Positions 1-9,752 of a stretch of 64,000 nt of DNA are shown here, one piece after another (the stretch's first letter is position 1; each line of letters starts with the position of its first letter). The position numbers and the translations under genes were made by a program. A model generated the notes under the pieces. It searched no databases. It was not told where the DNA came from and was given only the letters and a program-made list of their open reading frames with translations. This stretch comes from Escherichia coli (GTDB lineage: Bacteria; Pseudomonadota; Gammaproteobacteria; Enterobacterales; Enterobacteriaceae), in the NCBI RefSeq assembly GCF_030013595.1, contig NZ_CP122768.1. One strand, written 5' to 3'.

Positions 1-883
1 TTCTCTTTTTAAACTGTATGTCTTCTGGATTTCCCACTAACTGACTGAAATCTCCTTTCATAACTCTTTCGCTTGTTTCAAAGAGCTGTATTGCTATCGA
101 GTCGATTAATTCCTTTTTGGACAGAGATGCTTGTTCATAAAATTTGGTGACTAACTCTGTTGGTAACTTTCTTGAGACGACTTTAATGGACAGTCTCTGA
201 AATAGGTAAGGTGCCACCACGCCCACACTGAAAGGGTGAATCCTCCCTGGATTTAATAATTTTATTGTGACGTTTTCAAAAACTAGCTCATTGATTTTAC
301 TATTTATGAATTCCATTAAATACTTATCTAATGATAATGTTACCGACGCAACCGCTTCTATCACTTGTTTAAATGGCTCGCCTTTCAAGGATTTAAAAAA
401 CTCTTTGTTATAACCAAAGAAATCCACAAAACCTAAATTTATTCGATTTTCTTCTTTAGTATTTGAAATGCGAATTTGAAGTTGTTTTAAGTCTTCATCG
501 GTCAAGTATTTTAAACCATAGTCATCAAGCGCGTTACGTATAACTTTATCTGCAGATTCTAAGTCGATTACAGTTTTTACATTAAAAAACAATGATAACA
601 ATGAATCATACTTATGAACTCGCAAGGTTAAATCTGTTGCATTTGATGCGGTTACATTTATACGTCTCAAAAGATCAATAACTTTACTAATTGGTAGGCT
701 GTTTTCAAAAATTTTGAATGACTCGTATTCAGATACAACATCTTTTATATACTTACTGATAGTATGAGACTTTATTTCCACCTCAACTTCGGTTGAGTAA
801 GAATGAATTAGTGAGTTTGTAGTTTCAGCGATGTCATTTGATACATACAACTTATATTCGAAACAATCAGGAGCGGGAAGCAA
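1..883 (-). CDS. hypothetical protein, partial (continues past left window edge); AT-rich accessory gene
   Basis: Open minus-strand frame from 883 to position 1 (>290 codons, translated by hand); no in-frame ATG near the 5' end, candidate GTG start at 779-781 after GAAG; different frame from the upstream ORF; ~30% GC. Confidence 0.4.
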   Translation of the reverse strand, partial: MLPAPDCFEYKLYVSNDIAETTNSLIHSYSTEVEVEIKSHTISKYIKDVVSEYESFKIFENSLPISKVIDLLRRINVTASNATDLTLRVHKYDSLLSLFFNVKTVIDLESADKVIRNALDDYGLKYLTDEDLKQLQIRISNTKEENRINLGFVDFFGYNKEFFKSLKGEPFKQVIEAVASVTLSLDKYLMEFINSKINELVFENVTIKLLNPGRIHPFSVGVVAPYLFQRLSIKVVSRKLPTELVTKFYEQASLSKKELIDSIAIQLFETSERVMKGDFSQLVGNPEDIQFKKR

Positions 884-1233
884 CTATTATCAATAATGGA
901 AAACAATAAAAATTTAATTATTTCTCTTAATGCTTGCGGTCTAGTTATTCTACCTTGCATTTTTTTACATTGTATTAAACCACTTACAACACCGTTATGG
1001 TATAGCACGCAGTCGCGTCCTCTTTCAGAAACTCCTTGCATTAAAGATATTGAGGATATATTTTTATGCTTTCCATCTTCAATTTCGTTCTTTACTAACA
1101 AATAACATAGCAACTCAAATTCTCGATCACCTAATTCTGAAAAGGGAAGCAATCCGATACCAGAATCTATAGTCCATGGTCTATATCCTGATTGAGCCTC
1201 GATATTAATTTGTTCGTCACTGATTTTTTTCAC
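808..1233 (-). CDS. hypothetical protein with PD-(D/E)xK-like motif (GRD...16 aa...IQCK)
   Basis: 141-aa ORF, GTG start at 1231-1233 with AAGGAG 6 nt upstream; AT-rich; motif recognised by eye only. Confidence 0.45.
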   Translation of the reverse strand: MKKISDEQINIEAQSGYRPWTIDSGIGLLPFSELGDREFELLCYLLVKNEIEDGKHKNISSISLMQGVSERGRDCVLYHNGVVSGLIQCKKMQGRITRPQALREIIKFLLFSIIDNSCFPLLIVSNISCMYQMTSLKLQTH

Positions 1234-1248
1234 TTAAATCTCCTTCTA

Positions 1249-1277
1249 ATCTTATTGACCTACTCCCTACATTGTAA
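1249..1277 (-). promoter_or_regulatory. putative sigma70 promoter (TTACAA-17-TAAGAT) for the 808..1233 ORF
   Basis: -35/-10 hexamers with 17-bp spacer read on minus strand just upstream of the RBS. Confidence 0.3.
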
Positions 1278-1548
1278 CAGGGGATGATGATAAGGTGTAT
1301 CTTTCGAGCTATAAGCACGATAAATAAGTGATTAAAAATGACTCTTTAAACTATTTTAATTTAAAAAATTAATTGTTAGTTCTAATTATGGTATGAGGGC
1401 ATTTTCGGCATAGTTCTAACCATATACTTTGGTAAAAATGACTGTTACGGAACAGACCATAGTAATGCCTGCTATTGGCACGGAGCGGGCCGCCTGAGCG
1501 CCGTGGGGTCTGCAAACGGTAAGCATACCGATAACTATACGCTTGGCC

Positions 1549-1968
1549 TTAGTAACTTTTGCTCCCCTCAATAAATCCGCCATCTTTTATCGGACTGCAA
1601 TGTCCTTCTTCATCAATCAGTTGCTCGTCTTTCAGGTAGGTATATCGATAGATAATTGAGCCATTATCCATCTCACCATTGGTTCGTTTCATTAGGAGAG
1701 TAAAATGTAACGGGCTGTCCCTATATCGAGCTATTCCATGAATATTGGCAAGTACCTCATATTGACGCTCAGGTGATAACCCTTTAAATACATCGAGATA
1801 TCCATGGAATGTTCCATAGAGTGAAGAAGTGTAGATCAGTCGCTGCTCTGGACCAGTAACTTTAAGAGTAATTTGTTCACCCGTATTACAGGTTAGCTTG
1901 GCGGGAAATGTCTCAGCCTGAGCAGAAGAAATAGTCAAGCTTAAAATTATCAGGTAGCAATATTTCAT
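1549..1968 (-). CDS. small secreted/periplasmic protein of unknown function
   Basis: ATG at 1966-1968 gives 139 aa with N-terminal signal peptide MKYCYLIILSLTISSAQA; two Cys in mature part; longer track ORF has an implausible N-extension. Confidence 0.5.
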   Translation of the reverse strand: MKYCYLIILSLTISSAQAETFPAKLTCNTGEQITLKVTGPEQRLIYTSSLYGTFHGYLDVFKGLSPERQYEVLANIHGIARYRDSPLHFTLLMKRTNGEMDNGSIIYRYTYLKDEQLIDEEGHCSPIKDGGFIEGSKSY

Positions 1969-2250
1969 GTGATTAGAATGTCCAAAACTAACATGTATAC
2001 TCGGGATTCTATAACTAGTTGGATGTAGACCCAAGATGTATTGGACTATTCTTCGGTTGTAGTTGGTCAAATCATATATTTTATGTCAGCAATGTCTACT
2101 TTTGGCACATAGCAGACCAGAGACACTGGCGTAAAGCCATGGAGGATCGGTGGGAGGAGGTAAAAATCCTCTCATGCAAAAAATACGCAAAATCGATAAC
2201 AGTTGGAAATCATTCAATACTCGCACTATCGGAAGTTCACCAGCCAGTCG

Positions 2251-2298
2251 TAGCACGTTCTTGCATATGACGTGGCTACGGGTTTCGAGACCGACCCG
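2251..2298. repeat. degenerate direct copy (~85%) of the pin 3' end plus its downstream hairpin
   Basis: Aligns base-by-base with 3272..3320; contains imperfect dyad GTAGCACG..CGTGGCTAC. Confidence 0.5.
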
Positions 2299-2376
2299 AT
2301 CATCAAACGAAACATAAAATTAGCTCACATTATGAGGAAAGGTATCTTTTTGCGCTATGTAAATTCAAAGGGTTAG

Positions 2377-3246
<870 letters not shown>

Positions 3247-3271
3247 GTCTTTAAGTGATAAGCATAAACCG

Positions 3272-3320
3272 CAGCACGATCTTGCATACGACGTGCTACG
3301 GTTTCATTTATCTCCGACCG
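3272..3320. terminator. hairpin between convergent GIY-YIG gene and pin (likely bidirectional terminator); partner of repeat at 2251..2298
   Basis: Dyad AGCACG-13 nt-CGTGCT followed by GGTTTCATTT; overlaps last pin codons. Confidence 0.45.
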
Positions 3321-3894
3321 GAAACTTCTTATACAAAGTCGATACACCCACATCGTAGATAATCGCCACCTTCTGGCGAGGAGTTCCTGCTGCAATTAAT
3401 CTTCCGGCTTGTGCCCATTGTTCTGGTGTAAGTTTGGGACGACGTCCACCAATTCGTCCCTGTGCGCGAGCAGCTTCCAGTCCAGCTTTTGTTCGTTCAA
3501 CAATCAGTTCACGCTCCATTTCAGCCAGGGCACCCATCACATGAAAGAAAAAGCGTCCCATTGGTGTGCTGGTATCAATTGAATCCGTCAGACTATGAAA
3601 GTTGATGCCTCGTTCGCGCAACTCCTCCACCAACACGACAAGATGCCGCATACTACGCCCCAGCCGATCCAGCTTCCAGACAACCAGAGTGTCACCTGCC
3701 GATAATGTCCTGAGCAGTTTTTTCAGTCCCGGCCTTTCGGACTTTGTGCCGCTTATCTTGTCTTCAAAAATCAGCTCGCATCCTGCACAGTTCAGCGCAT
3801 TACGTTGTAGATCTGTGTTCTGGTCATTTGTTGATACGCGTACATAGCCAATAAGCATGGTAGATCCCCCTGACAAAAGCAGGAATGATGCCAT
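3304..3894 (-). CDS. pin: DNA invertase Pin (Gin/Hin/Cin serine recombinase family)
   Basis: 196-aa ORF begins MLIGYVRVSTNDQNTDLQRNAL, near-identical to recalled e14 Pin. Confidence 0.95.
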   Translation of the reverse strand: MASFLLLSGGSTMLIGYVRVSTNDQNTDLQRNALNCAGCELIFEDKISGTKSERPGLKKLLRTLSAGDTLVVWKLDRLGRSMRHLVVLVEELRERGINFHSLTDSIDTSTPMGRFFFHVMGALAEMERELIVERTKAGLEAARAQGRIGGRRPKLTPEQWAQAGRLIAAGTPRQKVAIIYDVGVSTLYKKFPVGDK

Positions 3895-3912
3895 TTGCTC
3901 GTTATTTCTGCA

Positions 3913-3938
3913 TTTTCATAAACGTTGGTTTGGGAGAA
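3913..3938. repeat. gix/pix-like inversion crossover site (pin-proximal)
   Basis: TTTTCATAAACGTTGGTTTGGGAGAA; reverse complement matches 5774..5799 at ~20/26 and fits the AAACC..GGTTT core of Gin/Hin sites. Confidence 0.6.
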
Positions 3939-4283
3939 GCGGCAAAGAGGAATGTGGGGACAGGAGAAAATCAGGTACCGGATATGAACAGCTTTGGTAA
4001 CTCATTGACCGCCAATGGATACCAGAAATTACCTGGGGGGATGATTATTCAATGGGGGAGTTTTTCTGTCTCACCAACCGGAGGAAGTGTTGGAACAGTT
4101 GATATAACATTACCTGTAGCTTTCCCTGCTGCTTGTCGTTCGGTAAACGCTCTTATTTCAACTAATGATCCTTCTGCCCGTTCTGTGGGCTTTGATATTG
4201 GAAGTACCAACAGAACTAAAATCAGATTTACTTACACTTCTGCTACAACAAATTCAATTTACTGGATGGCTGTGGGGTATTAA
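3939..4283 (+). CDS. alternative tail-fibre C-terminal segment (Sv'-like), silent in this orientation
   Basis: In-frame coding begins at the crossover site; followed by a tail-fibre-assembly gene; upstream part of track ORF 3885.. spans the recombination site. Confidence 0.6.
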   Translation, partial: AAKRNVGTGENQVPDMNSFGNSLTANGYQKLPGGMIIQWGSFSVSPTGGSVGTVDITLPVAFPAACRSVNALISTNDPSARSVGFDIGSTNRTKIRFTYTSATTNSIYWMAVGY

Positions 4284-4285
4284 CT

Positions 4286-4717
4286 ATGGAAAAGACATAT
4301 TATTTTAATCCCTCTGATTCGGGATTTTATATTTCACCAGATAGCCAAACCATTCCTGAGAACGCTACGAAAATAAACTTTACTATTTATTCTGAGTTCG
4401 CAGGAGTTGCATGGCCTGATGGTAAAATACTTGGTTCAGATAAAAATGGTTTTCCAGCATGGCAGGATGCGCCACCACTTACCAGCGAAGAATTAATCTC
4501 AATCGCTGAATCAAATAAACAGCGATTAGTTAATCAGGCCAACGAATACATGAACAGTAAACAATGGCCTGGTAAAGCGGCGATTGGTCGTCTGAAAGGT
4601 GAGGAACTGGCGCAATATAATTTGTGGCTGGATTATCTGGACGCACTGGAACTGGTCGATACTTCCAGTGCGCCAGATATTGAATGGCCTACTCCTCCGG
4701 CAGTTCAGGCCAGATGA
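4286..4717 (+). CDS. tail fibre assembly protein (alternative, U'-like)
   Basis: 143 aa; C-terminal [12 protein letters not shown] motif typical of Tfa proteins; inside invertible segment. Confidence 0.75.
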   Translation: MEKTYYFNPSDSGFYISPDSQTIPENATKINFTIYSEFAGVAWPDGKILGSDKNGFPAWQDAPPLTSEELISIAESNKQRLVNQANEYMNSKQWPGKAAIGRLKGEELAQYNLWLDYLDALELVDTSSAPDIEWPTPPAVQAR

Positions 4718-5294
4718 CATCCGGCGCGGTACTGGTATCTGTTGCCGTCACCGCGTCAATGTAATCCAGCACAGTGTTAAGTCGGGTGGTCTCTGCCTGC
4801 ATCAGCTTCCGCCCGGCCTGCAATTTCAGTTGAATCAGACTAATGGAAGCCATTGCAGTATCAATCAGTGACTGACGTTGTGCTTCTGCCGCGTCTACTG
4901 CGGCGCTATGCTGTGTCTCAGTATCCGTTACCCATTTCTCACCATCCCATTTATCGTATGGCGTTAACGGGGCGATAGTGGTTGTTTTTTCGGGGTAATC
5001 ACCCGGAGTTGTGATTTCTTTGGCGTCTCCCGTTTCGGTGTTATAGACGATTTCACCGCGATGGTCTGGTACATATTCCCATGAGTTAAAATCTGCAGAG
5101 CGGCAGATTGCATAACCAGCTTTGTAGGTGCCTGGAGCATCTAAACAGGAATATGCCGGAATGCCGACACCAACAGCAAGATATTCAGTTGAAGCTGAAA
5201 TATACTCCCGACTCATGACGTCAAAGTTATAAACAGTAATTTCTCCTGCCATAGTGGCAATTAATTCACTGTTTAATTCTGCGTTATTCATCAT
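4689..5294 (-). CDS. tail fibre assembly protein (expressed orientation, U-like)
   Basis: 201 aa; C-terminal [15 protein letters not shown]; directly downstream of tail fibre gene. Confidence 0.8.
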   Translation of the reverse strand: MMNNAELNSELIATMAGEITVYNFDVMSREYISASTEYLAVGVGIPAYSCLDAPGTYKAGYAICRSADFNSWEYVPDHRGEIVYNTETGDAKEITTPGDYPEKTTTIAPLTPYDKWDGEKWVTDTETQHSAAVDAAEAQRQSLIDTAMASISLIQLKLQAGRKLMQAETTRLNTVLDYIDAVTATDTSTAPDVIWPELPEE

Positions 5295-6076
5295 GCGGCC
5301 CTCACAATATAATTAAAGGCGATGTTACGTGGACGATTTTCATTTGCTGTTGGAACAACATTTGCCGCCGAGAAGTGAACATCTTGTCGGATTTTTCGGT
5401 CATTAGCGTATGTCATAGACACATTGATGTTATTCCGGACTGAGGTACCTCCGTAAAAAGCTCCACTCACACTTTGAACATCGACAATTGCATTAATTTC
5501 GCTGTTTACGCGCAACTGACCAAAACCGCCAGTAATGTTTCGAATAGCATCTCCTTGCGATGAAAGCAGAGTTCGCCCACTATCCACACCACGTTCATCA
5601 TCCCAGCCACGAATAAACTCACCGCGTAAATCAGGCAATTTATTTGTCGGGTAAGACTTTGCCAGTTCCGGGTATTCTTCAGCAGAAAAAGCCGCACCAT
5701 TGCATTTCAGCCAGCCTGTTGGTGGAGTGGCTGAAGGCCACGGAACAGGCACACCAACGGGTAATGCCGAACCTTCTCCCAAACCAAGGTTTTCGAGAGC
5801 TGTTTTCACCGTGCCATCCGATTTGATATCGCCAAACGGATTCTTGCGGCTTAACAGCAGCGCACGAAGCGCGGTAAGCAGCTGGTCATGCCGCCCCTTC
5901 TCCAGGCTGGCACCGGATGCCTCCACAACGCTGCAAAGCTCCTCCTGCAACATGTCAAAGTAGTCATCATCCAGATCGGTGGCAGGCGTGCCGGTCTGGG
6001 GGTTACCACGGGTAAAACCGTTCTTACCCGCGCCGAACTTATCCTTCTGCGCGGTTTTCGTGTCTATACGATGCAT
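5291..6076 (-). CDS. tail fibre protein (constant N-part fused to variable C-part)
   Basis: 261 aa; contains second crossover site about 92 codons in; position after Mu gp48-like gene. Confidence 0.8.
   Translation of the reverse strand: MHRIDTKTAQKDKFGAGKNGFTRGNPQTGTPATDLDDDYFDMLQEELCSVVEASGASLEKGRHDQLLTALRALLLSRKNPFGDIKSDGTVKTALENLGLGEGSALPVGVPVPWPSATPPTGWLKCNGAAFSAEEYPELAKSYPTNKLPDLRGEFIRGWDDERGVDSGRTLLSSQGDAIRNITGGFGQLRVNSEINAIVDVQSVSGAFYGGTSVRNNINVSMTYANDRKIRQDVHFSAANVVPTANENRPRNIAFNYIVRAA
5774..5799. repeat. gix/pix-like inversion crossover site (inside tail fibre gene)
   Basis: TTCTCCCAAACCAAGGTTTTCGAGAG, inverted repeat of 3913..3938. Confidence 0.6.
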
Positions 6077-6079
6077 GGA

Positions 6080-6664
6080 TTACTCCGGATATTTAAAAAT
6101 CACATAGGTATGCGACGGGCAGAGTTTGTTAAGAACACACTCGACAACGGTGTCCCCCCAGAAGCGCAGCGCGGAATCACAGGGATCGCCACATGTCATC
6201 CAGGTGGTGTTGGTGGCGGCTGGCATGTTGACCTGCCAGTAATACCGCCATTCAGGCGCATTCACCGCGTCAGTACAGGCCGATGAGCAGGTGAACGTGC
6301 TTTTGTCGTATCGCGTGATGTTGGCATCCAGTCTGCCCAGGGCAGCAAGCTGTGCAAGATAAAAATTCTCGTTGATGCCGCCCGCCAGGTTAACCTTCGC
6401 ATCCAGCCGTTGCTGACGCTGGCGAAGGGTCTGTGTCCCTGTAGGAATACATTCATCCGGCAGGCCGCACAGACGCTCCCAGCGATTTATCAGTTCGGTG
6501 GTGGTGCGCGGATCCAGCTCCCGCATCAGGGCATCCGCACGCTGATGAACGCGGGTTAATGACGGTGCCGCACCGGCAATCGCCGGATCGCTGGCTGACC
6601 ACGCCGGACCGGGCGGCAACAGTGCTGACAACAGACGGATGTAATCATCGTTTGTCACGTCCAT
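6080..6664 (-). CDS. Mu gp48-like tail protein (YmfQ/DUF2313 family)
   Basis: 194 aa; resembles e14 YmfQ-type protein; position between baseplate J and tail fibre. Confidence 0.75.
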   Translation of the reverse strand: MDVTNDDYIRLLSALLPPGPAWSASDPAIAGAAPSLTRVHQRADALMRELDPRTTTELINRWERLCGLPDECIPTGTQTLRQRQQRLDAKVNLAGGINENFYLAQLAALGRLDANITRYDKSTFTCSSACTDAVNAPEWRYYWQVNMPAATNTTWMTCGDPCDSALRFWGDTVVECVLNKLCPSHTYVIFKYPE

Positions 6665-7713
6665 GAAATCGCCCCCAGAACCGCCAGTTCATTTTTTGCA
6701 ATGGTGATATTGTCCGCCGGTGCAAGCAACTGATGGCTGTATTCCCCGTTCGCACCGGAAATCGCTTCACTGATACGTGACACCTTCAGTTCTCCCTGCG
6801 GATAACCATCACGCAGCAGGAACGAACGCAACTCCGCGGTGATGGCAGCCCGTATTTCCGGTGTGTCCGGCGTAACACGGATATGAAAATCCACCGTATG
6901 TGCCACCGGCCTGAACACATACAAATCAGAGCCTGCCACCGGGGCCAGTGGCCCGATATGTTGTCTTGCCGCCGTTTCCGTTGATTCTTCCGGAATGGGA
7001 TTAATCAGGTCACTGCTGGCAATCATCACACCGACAGTCCCCGTTCCCATCCAGTGTCGGTATGTCCATGCGCGGGTAATGCCAGGCACTTCTTTAGCCC
7101 AGACGACATAGTCCCCGTCAGCCCCGCCCTGCGGCGTCCAGTAATACCGCTCAATGACGCGGGCGCGCCACGTTTCCAGCTCTTCAGTATCAAATCCGCC
7201 TGTCAGGGTGTCAGCCACACCGGAAGACGGCAGACCATTCACCGGCGTGACCAGGATTAATGCCGTACCGTCGTCAGCGTTACCGACCGCACCTGCACTT
7301 GAGCAGGCGATCGGCACGCGCAGGACACCACCGGAGCTGATTGCATCGTCAGTTGTCGTGTACTGCACCAGGTCATCGCGCTGAATAACACTCCCGGCAG
7401 TCACCTTCAGGCCATCGCTGACACCTTCCCAGCGCATATACCCGCTGGCAACCGTGGCTCCCTTGCGCGGACACCGTTTCATCGCAGCATGTCGCGCCAA
7501 CCAGGACTCATCGCACAGGTCAGGCAGCATATTCATTGCCAGATAATCGATGTAACCGTAGACCGTATGCAGCGCCGCCGCATACACCTTTGCCCGCACG
7601 TCTTCATCCATGCGCCGGAGCGTGTCGCTGACGTCCAGCCTGGCGAATAAATCGTTACGGAGCATACTGATATTTTCTGCCAGCGTCGGGCGCTGAAATT
7701 CACTGTCCGCCAT
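6655..7713 (-). CDS. baseplate J-like protein (Mu gp47-like)
   Basis: 352 aa; family resemblance and synteny. Confidence 0.8.
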   Translation of the reverse strand: MADSEFQRPTLAENISMLRNDLFARLDVSDTLRRMDEDVRAKVYAAALHTVYGYIDYLAMNMLPDLCDESWLARHAAMKRCPRKGATVASGYMRWEGVSDGLKVTAGSVIQRDDLVQYTTTDDAISSGGVLRVPIACSSAGAVGNADDGTALILVTPVNGLPSSGVADTLTGGFDTEELETWRARVIERYYWTPQGGADGDYVVWAKEVPGITRAWTYRHWMGTGTVGVMIASSDLINPIPEESTETAARQHIGPLAPVAGSDLYVFRPVAHTVDFHIRVTPDTPEIRAAITAELRSFLLRDGYPQGELKVSRISEAISGANGEYSHQLLAPADNITIAKNELAVLGAISWT

Positions 7714-8128
7714 GCGTTATCGCACTCCACAGATCATCAAAAGAAATCATTACTGGTCCATCACGACGCCAGAGGGTGATACTGTTACCCAGCTCATTAA
7801 TCCCGGTGCGGCGGATATCCAGATCAATACGGGACACCACGCCGTCATCAGTCATCCATTGCAGGCATTCGCGGATATATCCCCTTACCGTCTGCACCAG
7901 CTGATTGGTCAGTTTGCTGCGCTGAAGCAGCCACAGTCGGGAGCCGTAACGGTCATTCTGTACCGCAGGCCAGGTATCCCCCCACCATCCCATCGGGACG
8001 TCGGCATTGTCATCAGGCTCCGCCCGCCGCCAGGTGAACAGGGAAATCACCACGGCGCGGGTCAGCGGATCCAGCGGTGCGCTGGCGCAGGTGCGTTTAC
8101 CGTTCACCGTCAGCCACAGTTCCATCAT
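7700..8128 (-). CDS. baseplate protein, GPW/gp25-like (Mu gp46-like)
   Basis: 142 aa; synteny in Mu-like baseplate block. Confidence 0.75.
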   Translation of the reverse strand: MMELWLTVNGKRTCASAPLDPLTRAVVISLFTWRRAEPDDNADVPMGWWGDTWPAVQNDRYGSRLWLLQRSKLTNQLVQTVRGYIRECLQWMTDDGVVSRIDLDIRRTGINELGNSITLWRRDGPVMISFDDLWSAITHGGQ

Positions 8129-8673
8129 GCCTCCATCGCTTTATCAGGTTTGTCGGTGTTACTGCCCTGACCGTTCTCTCTGTGACGATGCCCGTTATAG
8201 GCAAGCCGCATCGCTGACATGGTGGTGCCGCCGGAGTCGCACAGGTCTTTCACTTGTCCGGTCACTTCCAGATCCATTTCAAAACGTGCTTCAGTTGCAT
8301 TGCGAAACGTGATCGTTTTCCCTGCACCGTCCACCACGATCCCCTCCCGGGTCAGCGTCACAGACTGCCCCTGATCGTCATAGACAGCCACCTCACCCGT
8401 CTGCAGCCCTTTCAGGCGGTAGCGCCGGTCCGACACCGTAACAACCACCGCATGAGAACGGTCGCCATCCGGAAACAACACCACCGCTTCCGCACCGCTG
8501 TTTGCCCTTGCGGTAAAACCGTAGGGTTCAAGATGTTCAACCCCGGCTTTGGGTTCACCGGCAATCAGGGACACATCCACGGTCTGACATTTCGTGGCGG
8601 CACTGATGCTTTTCACCACGGCCCGCCCAATCAGGCCGAGAAGTTGTCGCTGCATGGCTTCAATCGTCCTCAT
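8125..8673 (-). CDS. baseplate assembly protein V / spike (Mu gp45-like)
   Basis: 182 aa; synteny and family resemblance. Confidence 0.75.
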   Translation of the reverse strand: MRTIEAMQRQLLGLIGRAVVKSISAATKCQTVDVSLIAGEPKAGVEHLEPYGFTARANSGAEAVVLFPDGDRSHAVVVTVSDRRYRLKGLQTGEVAVYDDQGQSVTLTREGIVVDGAGKTITFRNATEARFEMDLEVTGQVKDLCDSGGTTMSAMRLAYNGHRHRENGQGSNTDKPDKAMEA

Positions 8674-9752
8674 CAGAACGGGTCCTCCTGTACTCTGGCT
8701 TTTTTCTTTTTCCGCGCGCCGGGGGCTTCGGGTCCAGGCAGATAAGCATCAGGCGGGCCGACACGGATTTCCGTCAGGGTGCCGTTCTGGTCCTGAGTAA
8801 ACGTGACTTCCGAGACAAGCAGTTCGGTATTGTCGAAACCACAGACCGGATCGAAGACAATCACCCGCTGGTTGGGCTGCCACAGCGTACCGTTACCCTG
8901 TCGCCAGCCCTGCACCACATAGGTGGTTTCATCCGTCCGCGCCGCCCGTTGCCGGGCTTCAAAGTCAGCACGCGCAATACAGCCTGCCCCCGTAGCCTGC
9001 CCTGTCTGCCTGATATACATCGGACGGTAACGGGCAATAAATGCGTCTTCTGTGCGGGCCCGCAGCGCGGTGGTGGTGGCCTCACCGAAATCATCGTCGT
9101 TTCCGGCACGCTGCCCCGCCACCTGGTAAACAGAAAACCGCTCCCGGATACTCTTCTCCGTATCGCAGGAAAGGATGTTTTCCCCGAGTACCAGCGCGGT
9201 ATGTGCCCGCGTTGAGCCAATACCGCCAATCACCAGCCTGCCGTGCGAGTCGTCGTAAGCCAGCGCCTGCTGCTGACCGAGTATTTTGTTGATCACCTCG
9301 ATCACCGTTTCACCGTGATCAGGCTGGACATCAGGAATAACACCCGACGGCGCACCGCTGTTCACCACCTCAATGCCGAAAGGCGCAGCAAGCGCCTGCG
9401 CAATCTGTACCAGCGATCGTCCGTTAAACTGTGTCGGTTCGGCTGCACAGTCAATCAGGTCAGCGGTCAGACTACGTCCGGCAATACCGGTGCTGACCGA
9501 ACGGGCATCGTAACGAACGGGCGTCGCCTCCACCCAGCCAGTGATCACCAGCTCATCACCAATCAGCACTTCCACTTTTGAACCGTTTTTAATGCGCGGC
9601 TGAAGCGTGGTGATACCCTCATCTCCCGGCCACTGGCGGGTGATCTCCACACTGAAATCCCGCGCCAGTCGTTCAACACCGGCACCGATGCGCACCGATG
9701 TCCAGCCATTCCACTCCCGGCCATTTACCCGTAGCGTGACGTTATCGTTCAT
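8673..9752 (-). CDS. Mu gpP-like tail protein (baseplate hub)
   Basis: 359 aa; synteny after DNA circulation protein. Confidence 0.8.
   Translation of the reverse strand: MNDNVTLRVNGREWNGWTSVRIGAGVERLARDFSVEITRQWPGDEGITTLQPRIKNGSKVEVLIGDELVITGWVEATPVRYDARSVSTGIAGRSLTADLIDCAAEPTQFNGRSLVQIAQALAAPFGIEVVNSGAPSGVIPDVQPDHGETVIEVINKILGQQQALAYDDSHGRLVIGGIGSTRAHTALVLGENILSCDTEKSIRERFSVYQVAGQRAGNDDDFGEATTTALRARTEDAFIARYRPMYIRQTGQATGAGCIARADFEARQRAARTDETTYVVQGWRQGNGTLWQPNQRVIVFDPVCGFDNTELLVSEVTFTQDQNGTLTEIRVGPPDAYLPGPEAPGARKKKKARVQEDPF

Noticed and set aside
1440-1548. GC-rich island as a tRNA or tmRNA fragment marking a prophage end
   Set aside because: No cloverleaf, no T-loop GTTCNANNC motif, no CCA-proximal acceptor stem; the match to the icd 3' end is weak.
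2019-2270. 83-aa + strand ORF between the secreted-protein gene and the GIY-YIG gene
   Set aside because: Overlaps the secreted-protein gene start on the opposite strand, no RBS, Trp/His/Cys-rich composition.
3885-3938. N-terminal 18 codons of track ORF 3885..4283 (MMPFARYFCIFINVGLGE)
   Set aside because: This stretch spans the pin promoter region and the inversion crossover site; real coding for the alternative fibre segment begins at the crossover and has no promoter in this orientation.
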